Shown: positions 36,421-47,789 of the stretch, piece after piece
Layout: every line of letters starts with the position of its first letter
How positions within the stretch are numbered: position 1 is the first letter of the stretch
DNA from: Azolla caroliniana
Taxonomy: Eukaryota > Plantae > Polypodiophyta
Direction: 5' to 3'
Assembly: GCA_043228905.1 (NCBI GenBank)
Contig: JBHGNT010000002.1
Span: forward strand, 26,040,001-26,104,000
Length of the DNA: 64,000 nt
Program-made: the position numbers and the translations under genes
The notes under the pieces: generated by a model
Seen by the model: only the letters and a program-made list of their open reading frames with translations
What the model was told of the DNA's origin: nothing
The model's database searches: none

Positions 36421-38130
36421 ATGGACATGAAGATGAACCTTGTTCTTCTTCTTCTTCACCTTACCATGCTCTGTTCCTTTCTTCTTACACCAATGATGAT
36501 GGTGCAGAATGCCATAGCTATAGCAGATGAAACAGAGCTTCTAGTTTCCCCTTTTCCAGAAGAAGAAGAAGAAGAATTGCTCCCCTCAGAAGATATGGTA
36601 GAGTGGGCAGAGAGCAAAGCAGATGATAAACAAGAGGTCCTTGTATTGAAGCTTATGCATAGAGATTCCCCTCTATCTCCATTGAAGAAACAGAGCAATG
36701 ATCATAAACAGGAGAAGAAGCCAGAAGAAGTGTTTGTAGATAGGCTACAGAGAGATGAAAACAGGGTGAAGCAGATAAATGGAAGGGTGAGGAGAGCAAC
36801 GAGGAGAGAGACCAAAGGGGCACACCCTCATGAAGCAGAGACCATAGGAACACACCCTTATGAAGCAGAGACCATAGGGACAATGCCTTATAGAGAGACC
36901 ATAGGAGGAGATCACCCTCCTCAAATCCCTCCTGTAGGAACACTCCCTTATGCAGAGACCATGGGGTATGAAGAGACCATCAAGGCACATGCCATAGGAA
37001 CACCCTCTTATGAAGACCAAAAGCCCATTCCAAGAGGGAGTGCACATCGCTCATTCGATGGTCCACTTATGTCTGGGCTCAACGATGGCAGTGGAGAGTA
37101 TTTCACGAGACTTGGCGTGGGAACCCCCCCTAAGCAAGCATTCATGGTCGTGGACACCGGTAGTGACATCATATGGATCCAATGCGAGCCTTGCATTGAT
37201 TGCTACACTCAAAGAGGACCCATCTTTAACCCTTCGACTTCTAGAACGTTCCGGAAACTCCCATGCACTTCCCCGACGTGTGCCCTCCTGGAGCTCCACG
37301 GATGCGAAGCCAAGACCAATCTTTGCCTCTATCAAGTGGCATATGGAGATGGTTCCTTCACACAAGGTGAGTTTTCCTCGGAAGCTTTGAGCTTCAAAGA
37401 GGCCACCATTAGGAATGTCGCCATTGGGTGTGGGCATGATAATGAGGGCTTATTTGCGGGTGCCTCTGGGCTATTCGGACTTGGAGGTGGAGGCTTGTCA
37501 TTTATATCTCAAGTAGGTAGAGTGTATAAAAAGATTTTCTCGTATTGCTTGATGGATAGAGATAAGGAAGGGTTATCCACTCTCACATTTGGGGGATTGC
37601 CTAGCGGAGTCAACAAGTTCACATCGTTGCTTAGAAACCCGAATTTGGACACATTTTACTATGTGGGCCTTAGTGGGATAAGTGTGGGTGGGATGTTGCT
37701 CCACACCATCCCTGCCACGGCATTTCAAATGGATAGTGTAAATGGGGATGGGGGTGTGATTGTCGACTCTGGAACCTCGGTGACACGTTTGGTTGAGGTT
37801 GCATATGGGCCCCTTCGCTCTGCATTTCGTGCTGCCACCCACACACTTCCTTTTGTAGGCGGTTTCTCACTCTTTGACACGTGCTTTGACCTATCTGGTC
37901 GAACAAGAGTCACTTTACCCACACTTTCCCTCCATTTTGAAGGTGGTGCCTTCATGGACCTTCCCCCCACTAATTATCTAGTCCCTGTCAACACCAAAGG
38001 TACCTATTGCTTTGCCTTCGCCTCCACCTCAGGCCAACTCTCCATCATTGGTAACATCCAACAACAAGGATTTCGCATTGTCTTTGACGTTGCCTCCGCT
38101 CGCTTTGGTTTTGCTCCTAATAGTTGTTAA
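36421..38130 (+). CDS. Secreted pepsin-like (A1) aspartic protease, nepenthesin/ASPG1/APF2-like, intronless, 569 aa
   Basis: Hydrophobic signal peptide, pro-segment LMHRDSP...RLQRDENRV, GSGEYFTRLGVGTP, catalytic DTGS and DSGT motifs, Cys-rich NAP-like insert, IGCGHDNEGLF, and IIGNIQQQGFRIVFD...FAPNSC. Confidence 0.96.
   Translation: MDMKMNLVLLLLHLTMLCSFLLTPMMMVQNAIAIADETELLVSPFPEEEEEELLPSEDMVEWAESKADDKQEVLVLKLMHRDSPLSPLKKQSNDHKQEKKPEEVFVDRLQRDENRVKQINGRVRRATRRETKGAHPHEAETIGTHPYEAETIGTMPYRETIGGDHPPQIPPVGTLPYAETMGYEETIKAHAIGTPSYEDQKPIPRGSAHRSFDGPLMSGLNDGSGEYFTRLGVGTPPKQAFMVVDTGSDIIWIQCEPCIDCYTQRGPIFNPSTSRTFRKLPCTSPTCALLELHGCEAKTNLCLYQVAYGDGSFTQGEFSSEALSFKEATIRNVAIGCGHDNEGLFAGASGLFGLGGGGLSFISQVGRVYKKIFSYCLMDRDKEGLSTLTFGGLPSGVNKFTSLLRNPNLDTFYYVGLSGISVGGMLLHTIPATAFQMDSVNGDGGVIVDSGTSVTRLVEVAYGPLRSAFRAATHTLPFVGGFSLFDTCFDLSGRTRVTLPTLSLHFEGGAFMDLPPTNYLVPVNTKGTYCFAFASTSGQLSIIGNIQQQGFRIVFDVASARFGFAPNSC
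36808..37017 (+). repeat. In-frame ~30-bp minisatellite (GAGACC-anchored, ~6 degenerate units) in the protease pro-segment
   Basis: Units start at 36808, 36838, 36868, 36895, 36955 and 36973. They encode ETKGAHPHEA / ETIGTHPYEA / ETIGTMPYR / ETIGGDHPPQIPPVGTLPYA / ETMGYE / ETIKAHAIGTPSYE. Confidence 0.9.
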
Positions 38131-41034
38131 CGTTCACGTTGTACGTCATTCTTCTTACAACTATGTATGTCTAGATACTCATTTTAGTTCTTTCCCTTTC
38201 CTCCCTTCTCTCCCATGGAAAAACACACTCCATTGAACATAACCCTATAAGTGTTAATGGAGAATCAATGGGTTGCAAATTATTTGTACTTTTGCTATTA
38301 TTCATGGTACATATGGACATCATATATTTTTTGTGTTCTGTAAGAATTGCAACACTAATTTCCTTTTGACATATATGAGGTGCATGTTACAGTATTTGAA
38401 ACAAACAAAACTTGCAACTATTTCACATAGGACATATCCATGTGAACATATATCTTCCCCGTTTGGTCCATCTAATGCAAACACTTGGCTTTTGTCATAA
38501 TTGTTTCAATGTAAAGTTGCTCTAATAATCAATGGGCGTCGAAAGGAAATAGAAATCCACCATATCTACACCAAGAACATTGTGATTTATTCAATTTAAA
38601 GAAAATAAATAAATACATTGTTGAATCATGCATGCCCTCTGGGTCTTTATCTTCATATTCGGAAGTTGAATCTTAGGCCAACAAGTTTGATATCAATGTT
38701 GAAAGTAGCTCACAAGGATCTCTTAGGGTGAAAGCATTTTGTTGTTGCTTTGCATGGAGTTTGTACAACATGGTGATTTGCACATGACAAATTACTAAGG
38801 TGTATGCATTAATGATGATCATAGCAGAAAAAATTAATCTTGGTTGAAACATGTTTATGAAGGGCGAGGATGTATAAGGTTGCTTTGTTGAATTGCAAAA
38901 CCTAGTCAATGAAGCATGATAAGGCCATACACAATAATCATGCTCGCGTTTTAAATGACCTCATTCTCAATGGCGTTGTGAAATGAAAATTACTTGGTTG
39001 ATTATAATTCTTTTACGAAGTTTACATAAAACCAAAGTAAATTGATGTCATGCATGTCGAATGTGATGATGATGGGACTATAGATGATTTATATATGTTG
39101 TATACTTTAGATAATATTGTAATATAGTTTAAATCAATGACAAGACATCCACATAACACAAATAGTGATAAAGGTTTGACTCTTATTTTGTCGTTTTTAT
39201 TTTCTGGAAAGGGGAGACAATCATCATCAAACTTTCTTATAAAAAAACAAAACACGGGATATATAGAACTAACCTACTCCTTGAAATTTTAATTGGAGCT
39301 TCTAAGACCAAAATTGACATGACATTGTACATGTAGTTAGCGTCAATCTCTAGATATGCAAATTGCCTAAACAATTAAAGATAGAGTCGACTTTGTTTTT
39401 TCGAATTCACATATCATACCTCTTTATTGTTTAGAATTCTACAACATACGTCATATTCTCTGATCATGCATGTTTTATAGGCTGGAAATTTATTTCCATG
39501 GGCACAAGTAAAAACATGAAATGTCACAAAATGTAGAATATGCAGTTGTAGCATTCTAAACTTGACCAAAAAAAAATCTCCTTTCAACAAGTCGAAAAGG
39601 AATCCATAGTTATTCACGTCTATCTTCGATGCTACAAAAAGCGGAATCAAATTTCCCTTTTTTGTACTTGAGTATTCATGCAACGAGTTTTAAATAATCT
39701 TGTATTCATCCTAAGTTTTTAGGGAGAATCTTTGATTTTCTAATACAGAATATCAAAGATTCTCCTTGTATAATCACGAACAATATAAAAAATTTGCTCT
39801 CATAATTAGTTTTCATAACAATATTACCCATACAAGTCAGAAGGCAACAACTAATATAGCTCAAGGATAATGCAATCTCTCTCCTTTGCTCTTTCCCGGC
39901 ATATTCTAAACTCATGGACTTGTATCATTGTATGTAACAATATTTCATTTTTTTCCTTCATTATTTGAGTATCCATGAAATGTTTTAAAAATATTCTTCT
40001 AGTATATGTCCCTTGGTGGTATCTAACCACGCATTTTGTACAAAGGCAACCCTCTTATTTAATACTTGAAGGTAAGATACAAATACCCCCTCCTTTAACT
40101 TTTAGAGGTATCAATGAGCTCATGACAAATGTCGTAAATACCGCCATGTTTTTCCTAATACCAAAATACCCCTCACCAAACTATTTTATTTAATACTTGA
40201 AGACTTTCTCGTTTCTCCTTTTGGTGAGATCTAAGGTTTGAGGAAAGTATTCTTACCATCCAAGGGAAGTTTTGGTGGTATCACCATTACTAGGGCAATA
40301 TGATAAATACTAGGGGTAGTTTTGGTGTTATGATAGATAATATCCCATATATGAGGCATATCTATGATATCATTCCATTGCAAGCCCATCAAACATTCAA
40401 AAGAAATTTGAGCACTATCAGTTCTCAACTCTTTCATCAACTGGAGGTTTGTTTGTTCTTTCTTGTAATGAATTTTGCCATTTTATCATTTCCTCTTTCT
40501 TATAATTTCTTCATCACATGGACATGAAACATCATCTATACATTTCGGCAATACAAATTTCAATAAATGTGTTGAGATGGTGTTTACATAGACATCAACT
40601 ACCATTTAATATTTGACCATTGGAAAGACATTTTATTGTACAATAACGCCTCAAAATAGAAGCAAGGAAGACATAATCGGGATTCATCTCTAATCTTAGT
40701 ATATCAATCTTTGATCTTAGTGTGTTGGCATATTACCATATTGAAAACCCAAATCAAAGAAAAGCCCATGTTGGCGTTACATGTGTTAGAATTAGATCCC
40801 CTTTGTATTTTGTTTGAAAAGGCAAGATGAAATCAAATTGTGGTGGAGGTTAACATGATACATGTTAATTAGTGAATTTTGATCACAAAGTATAATGATC
40901 CCTCTTCAAAATAATCGGCAAAAAGAATAATGCATGTTGTTGAGGACAATGATGACGAGAACCAACACAATGTGATGAGTCTTTAGATTTTGAGTTAGTG
41001 ACTTGTGCCATGGAATGGACATGAGAATACTAAT

Positions 41035-41280
41035 AAAAAATACCAAAATACCCCTAACGAACTCACGAAACACCCACTTGTATTTCCCATCATTCTTGAA
41101 CTCTTACCATTTATGTCTATAAACTAAAGAGCGAGAATGAGATACTCGAGACGTGGGGCACGTCTCATAATATCTTTAGTACCCTCTAGTTCTTCTGATA
41201 ATATTGACTGGAATTAATGCACGCATATATAAGGGTATGTGTGGTAATTTTTAAAACTGTAAGGGTATTCTTCCAAATAC
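41035..41280. mobile_element. MITE-like fold-back element
   Basis: taccaaaatacccct on the left and aagggtatg/aagggtattc on the right. Related to the 11530-11730 element. Confidence 0.4.
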
Positions 41281-41333
41281 CGTGTATACATGAGATTGCA
41301 CTTGTACATTTTTAACACTAGCCTAGTGTGAAA

Positions 41334-41966
41334 TATTAGAAATATTGAGAATCGAGTAGATAGGTATATAGAGTTACAACTGCAGAGATGGATATATGAA
41401 AACAGAATTTCTATTACATATGAGAGTAGTTCAAAATGGTAGTTTTCCCATGCGCTCACACCTTAGAGCTTAGATAGGATATGGACCGGCTCACTACAAA
41501 ATTAGTGGGGACTAATGATCAATCTGACCACTGTGTGAGAAAAATGACTTATAATCTATGTTTGGTCTTAGTATAAATGTGCAAGTCAGTTGACAATAGT
41601 AGAGATATTCCTTTTCTGTCAACTGACTTGTCATTTAATATGACCCAACTCCCTAGGTACAGGCTAGTGCTAGATAATACTTATCTTGAAGTCAATGACG
41701 CATACTTCAAGACTAAGTACATCGTAACTTGCCCACAAAATATTCTAGCTGACTTGATTAGCCAATCCTTTTATCTATTTCTCTCTTTCCTAAATATATT
41801 GTGTCCTACGCATCTACGGTTTCCTAGATTAACACCTTATCGACCCATATGGTCGAGTTGCACACTAGCCGCTCCTCATTTGGGGCGCTATCACAAAATG
41901 TGCACTCTAAGAGCACATATGGGGATAGATTTACAACTTGGGGCTGATCATTGATTATATCTAACA
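41334..41966 (-). repeat. 3' LTR (633 bp, TG...TA)
   Basis: Near-identical to 46057-46689. Confidence 0.97.
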
Positions 41967-44900
41967 CACCCCCTCAATGATCAACCCATTGAGTTCACTT
42001 GGAATTGGGCCAACACCTAGTCGTCGAAGGTGTTGTTGCAACTGTTCTGCTCCAAGCGCCTTTGTGAAGATATCTGCAGCATTTTCTGATGTTGGACAGT
42101 ACTCAAGCTCCACAATCTCATCATTTATTAGCTCCCGCACATAGTGATACTGAATCTCTATGTGTTTAGTACGTGCATGAAATACGGGGTTCTTGGCAAT
42201 GGCCATGCAACTCTGATTGTCACACCTCAATACCGTTGCCGTCCTTATTGGGACTGCCACATCCATAAGGATTCTTCTTAGCCAAACTACCTCGCATGCC
42301 GCTATGCATGCTGCTTTGTATTCTGCCTCCGTTGAAGATAGTGCCACTGTTGGTTGTTGTTTACTACTCCATGAAACAGCTCCAGATCCTATTGAAAAAC
42401 AATATCCAGAAACTGATTTTCTGGAATCACTATCTCCAGCCCAATCGGAGTCGCAATATCCACTAAGTTGGTCAATTGTTGGCTTGTAGAAGATTCCATA
42501 ATTTAAAGTACCCACAATGTACTTTAATACACGTAGAGCAGCTTTCCAATGAGTCTCCTTCGGCTTGTTGCTGAATCGACTCACCACATTGACTGCAAAA
42601 CAAATATCCGGCCTAGTGTTGCATAGGAAAATTAGACTTCCTACTAGTTGTCTATACTTCCTTATGTCAACCATTGGTGATGAGTCTTCTTGGGATAGCT
42701 TGCAGTTTGACTCCATTGGAGTCGACTTCGACTTGTTGTCCATCATCCCGAAGGTCTTCAAGATCTCTGTTGCATACTTTCTTTGTGACATGAAGATGCC
42801 GACCGAGGTTTGCCAAACCTCAATTCCAAGGAAGTAGTGTAGAATCCCCAAGTCTGTCATTTCAAACTCAGTTTTCAAACACTCTTGTGTTTGGCCAATG
42901 CACTCTTCATGGTCACCAGTAAGTACTAGATCATCCACGTAAATGATAATGATGACTTGTTTCCCGTCCTTCATTTTGACATACATACTTGCGTCCGAAG
43001 CACATTGCTTAAAGTCGATTGATCGTAAGAAGCTGTCTATCCTCTTGTTCCAAGCTCTTGGTGCTTGCTTTAGACCATATAGTGCCTTCTTCAGCTTGCA
43101 AACTTTGTTTTCTGAATTCGGTATCTCAAACCCCGGTGGTTGTGTCACATATACCTCCTCCTTGAGATGCCCATTCAGAAATGCTGATTTGACATCCATT
43201 TGATAAATCGGCCATCCTCTTGAAGCAGCCAACGCTATGACCATTCGAATTGTTGTCATGCGAGCTGTCGGGGCAAATGTTTCTTGTACATCGAACCCTT
43301 CAATTTGGGAGTATCCTTGCGCTACTAGCCTGGCCTTGAATTTCTCCAAAGAGCCATCAGCTTTATACTTTACTTTCCATACCCACTTCGTGCCTATCAC
43401 CTTCTTCTTTGTTGGCCTCTCTACCAACTCCCATGTGTCATTTTTCATGATGCTATCATATTCTGATATCATCGCCTCTTTCCACTTCGGGTCGGCCATA
43501 GCTTCCTCCACCGAGGTCGGCTCACTCACTGAGCCTATGATGTCCACCATCAGAGCCATGTTGACAATGTGGTCAGAGGTTCTTCCTTGCTCCTGTATTC
43601 TTCTTGATCTTCGTAATCCATCAGTTGAAGTTTCAGGAAACTCAACTTTAGGAGTATGATCATTGAAGAGTTGTTGAGCCCACTTAGGTATTTTCTTTAC
43701 ATGTGGGACTGGCATAGGCTGAACTAGTGAACCATTACCATTAGATGGTTCAGCTTCCTTTTTTGGATAATGGGTCGGGATTGGGTAAAATACTTCTTCA
43801 GTTGATGAGATAACTTGAGAATCGTTGTTCTCAGCTAGCTGTGGTTGTTCCTCATCGAACACCACATCGCGGCTTGTCAATATCTTTCTTGCCTCTGGAT
43901 CGTAGAGTCGATATGCCTTTGACTCTTCACTATATCCGAGAAAGATACACTTTTTGCTTTTAGCATCCAACTTCTTTCTGCTCACATCTGGAATATGTGC
44001 GTAGCACATACACCCAAAGGTTCTGAAGTGCAGCACTGAAGGTTTCTTGCCTGAATAAGCTTCTTGGGGTGTTTTCCCTTGAAGTGCCTTCGTGTAGCTC
44101 CGATTGAGGATGTAAACTGCTGTGTTCACTGCTTCAGCCTAGAATGGGTCGGGCAGCGCTTGTGCCTTCAACATACACCTAGCCATCTCGACAACTGTTC
44201 GATTTCGACGTTCGACAACGCCATTTTGTTGTGGGGTGTAGGCAGTTGTAAGTTGGCGCTTAATTCCATGCTCTTTGCAATACTCACAGAATTCTATTGA
44301 TAAGAATTCTCCACCTCGATCAGAGCGTAGCTCCTTCACTAACTTTCCAGACTCTCGCTCGACAAACTTATGCCATCTTTTGAAGATTTTAAAAGCTTCA
44401 GTCTTCTCCCGAAGGAAGTAAACCCACATCTTTCTACTGAAGTCGTCGACTATTAGCATATAGTAGAGAGATCCACCCATTGCAGGAGTCACCATTTTTC
44501 CAGAGAGGTCAATGTGTATTAGCTGTAGAGGAGTCTTTGCCCGATTTTGACTCTCTTTTGGAATGGCTGATCTTTGATGCTTGCCCATCATACAAGCATC
44601 ACAAACATGACTTAAGTCAGATAGGGTTGGCAACCCAACTACCATATTCGACTTCTTCATCTCCTTCAACACAGCAACGTTGAGATGCCCAAATCTCTCA
44701 TGCCATTGCTTTGTGTTGGTACTTGTGTTGTGGTCAGTAGAAATGGTAAACGTGCTCAGCTCATAGAGATTGTTGCGCCTCACCCCTATTCCTACAACCT
44801 TGCCAGCAGAATCTGTTATTTCTGCACCCGACTTCTTGAATCGAACATCAAGACCCTTGTCAGTCAGTGCAGAAATGGACAGTAGATTCTTCTTCAGATC

Positions 44901-45947
44901 TGGCACGTACAACACTTGAGAGAGATGCTTTGTCCCACCGGTCGTTGCTTTGAGGGAGACGGTTCCGGTTCCTTTGGCCGGACATCGAGCATTGTTCCCG
45001 ACCACAACATTGATGGGCTCTTGTAGAGGTGTCCAAGAACTGTACCAGTCACGATTACTGGTCATATGTCGGGATGCTCCACTATCGAGAATCCAAGACT
45101 CATCAACAACTTGAGTGTCAACTGAAGAACACACTTCTTCAGTTGCGACCCATAACTCAAGTTCATCTACGACATTGTTAGCGGACTCGGGCTCTCTCCA
45201 AGAAGTCTTATTAGAACCATTCTTCTCATCCGCCATCTTCTCACCCTTAGTCCTAGAGACAAATGCTGAATCTCCCCTTTCTTCTCTTGTCTTCAGCCGA
45301 AGCTCCTCTTCAAGCAGCATTGCACTTAGTTCATCAAATTTCAAAGGAGTGGGTCGAACCTGAGTGTTCAATGCTGTCACAATGCCATCATACTTGAAAG
45401 GAAGTACTCGAATGCACCGACGAGCCATATCCTCTTGAGAGACGACTACTCCAACAGCCGCCAGCTGATCTTGAAGATCCTTAATCCTTTTTACAAAGGA
45501 TTCTACTTTCTCTCCATCAGCGAGTTTCTCTGCAGCAAGCTGATTTTCGAGATTTTGTATCCTTGTATAGTTTCTGGTCTCATACTGGCTGGCCAATATG
45601 CTCCAAGCTTCATGTGCCCTAGTTGTATGTTGCACTAGTGTTAGTACAGAGTCACATACACCAGTGACTATGGTACATAGCGCATCAGCATTCCTTCTCT
45701 TCCAGGCTCGAAGTAGATCAGCATTTGGAGGAATTGATGTGGTAGGGTGTGCAGGGTCAAAGGTTGCCATGGGCTCAGGGTCTCCCCCTGTGGGTCCCAT
45801 GATTGTTTCCAACAACTCGTAGGAATCCAAAATGGCAGACATTTTGAACTTCCATAGAGTGTAGTTGGTTCCATCTAGCTTTCCATCAGACAATGGAGGT
45901 GGGCGAATGCGCAATGGAGCAGCTGCAACATTCGTGGACAAGGCCAT
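41961..45947 (-). pseudogene. Copia gag-pol polyprotein with one in-frame nonsense codon (44139-44141) and no gag zinc knuckle
   Basis: ORFs 45947-44139 and 44129-41961 are in the same frame, separated by TAG at the conserved Trp of F(W)AEAVNTA. Motifs: [58 protein letters not shown]. Confidence 0.95.
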
Positions 45948-45952
45948 TGATA

Positions 45953-45984
<32 letters not shown>

Positions 45985-46044
45985 ATTTCTCTCTGTTGCT
46001 AGACAGCAACTACCCGTATATACCTAATCTAGATCAACCGCTTG

Positions 46045-46056
46045 GCTCTGATACCA
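46045..46056 (-). other. Primer-binding site (initiator tRNA-Met)
   Basis: Minus-strand TGGTATCAGAGC directly after the 5' LTR. Confidence 0.95.
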
Positions 46057-46689
46057 TATTAGAAATATTGAGAATTGAGTAGATAGGTATATAGAGTTAC
46101 AACTGCAGAGATGGATATATGAAAACAGAATTTCTATTACATATGAGAGTAGTTCAAAATGGTAGTTTTCCCATGCGCTCACACCTTAGAGCTTAGATAG
46201 GATATGGACCGGCTCACTACAAAATTAGTGGGGACTAATGATCAATCTGACCACTGTGTGAGAAAAATGACTTATAATCTATGTTTGGTCTTAGTATAAA
46301 TGTGCAAGTCAGTTGACAATAGTGGAGATATTCCTTTTCTGTCAACTGACTTGTCATTTAATATGACCCAACTCCCTAGGTACAGGCTAGTGCTAGATAA
46401 TACTTATCTTGAAGTCAATGACGCATACTTCAAGACTAAGTACATCGTAACTTGCCCACAAAATATTCTAGCTGACTTGATTAGCCAATCCTTTTATCTA
46501 TTTCTCTCTTTCCTAAATATATTGTGTCCTACGCATCTACGGTTTCCTAGATTAACACCTTATCGACCCATATGGTCGAGTTGCACACTAGCCGCTCCTC
46601 ATTTGGGGCGCTATCACAAAATGTGCACTCTAAGAGCACATATGGGGATAGATTTACAACTTGGGGCTGATCATTGATTATATCTAACA
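46057..46689 (-). repeat. 5' LTR (633 bp, TG...TA)
   Basis: Near-identical to 41334-41966. Confidence 0.97.
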
Positions 46690-47257
46690 TGAAAGCCCTG
46701 TGAATTGGTTAGCTTAATAGGATAGACCCTCTCGTTTAGATTATTGAGCAATATGTGGTTGCATGTATGTATATGGCGTGAATATCAATTAATGGCACAG
46801 GATAAGATATCGGGCCTTCATTGCTTAGTAAATAGAACTCCTTAATGTCTCTTGACTTATGATGGGCATTGGGCACAATAGTAAGAATCCAAAGGGGTGA
46901 ACACTTAATGCTCAACATGAGGGCTCAGAAACAATGTTGTCCTTATCCTTGTTTGGATCATTGAGCAAGAATGTTTATGTCTATTATCTTGAATTAATGT
47001 CCTTTTAACTTTGGCCATGAATTCAACAAAAGCCTTAGTTACCTACCAAAGATAATTTGTGAGGCTCAACTGTACTCATATATTAACAAAATTTGAATTA
47101 ATGTTGTTTTAACTTTGGCCATGAAACAAACAATGCCTTAGTTCCATAAGTAATGCTTCAACTATTATGCCATGTGATCCTCCTAAACAATGTGTTGTGG
47201 TTGGAATTTAGCAAGGCAAGCTTCTATTTGCATTAGAAGAAAATGTGAGATTGTCAT

Positions 47258-47721
47258 TAACAATCGGCACCGGTTTGGTTTGAACCGAACCGAAATGCAA
47301 TTCCGCGGCTTAATGGCTTAAACGGTTCAGTTCGGGTTTCGGGTTTTTTTAACGGTTCGGTTTCAACAGTTAGAAACCGTGGTTTAAACGGTTTAATTAT
47401 TTTTATTTTTATTTTAAAATTGTAAAGAAAATTTTAAATTTTGTTTTTAAACAATCTTTTCATTTTCATGCCTTATTCTCACATTTTAGGAAAATCTTTA
47501 AAATTTTGAAAAATTAAATAATGAAATATTTTAACAATTTTTAATTTGACCTAAGCTGAAAACTGAAACCAAACCACAAAACTTCGGTTTTACCGGTTTA
47601 ACGGCTTGAAATTTTTTTAATGGTTCGGTTTAACAGTTTCGTGGTTCGGTTCGGTTCATGTTTCTAAAAATTTAAATGATTCAGTTTTAACCCTCTCGAA
47701 CTGAACGGTTGCCTATTGTTA
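47258..47721. mobile_element. Non-autonomous hAT-type MITE (464 bp)
   Basis: TIRs TAACAATCGGCACCGGTT / AACGGTTGCCTATTGTTA. 8-bp TSD attgtcat (47250-47257) / attgtcac (47722-47729). Subterminal AACCG/CGGTT repeats flank an AT-rich core. Confidence 0.85.
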
Positions 47722-47789
47722 ATTGTCACGTCAATTGATGTGCCTTGGAAATGAAGTGTTATGAACTGCTAATAGAGTGATGGCATAGC

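Larger units (their letters stand above)
41334..46689 (-). mobile_element. Full-length, very young Ty1/Copia LTR retrotransposon
   Basis: 633-bp LTRs at 41334-41966 and 46057-46689 with only 2 differences seen. Perfect 5-bp TSD TGAAA at 41329-41333 and 46690-46694. PBS 46056-46045, PPT (GAGGGGGTG) next to the 3' LTR, single gag-pol frame. Confidence 0.98.

Noticed and set aside
36456-37970. Several antisense and alternative-frame ORFs over the protease, and similar ones over the Copia pol genes
   Set aside because: They are shadow ORFs of real coding sequence with no independent motifs.
41577-41954. 125-aa plus-strand ORF present twice (also 46300-46677)
   Set aside because: It lies wholly inside the LTR and antisense to the element. 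Its duplication only reflects LTR identity, and it has no recognisable motif.
44139-44141. Programmed stop-codon readthrough in Copia pol
   Set aside because: The TAG replaces a conserved integrase Trp (TGG to TAG) and lacks a leaky context, so it is best read as a mutation.
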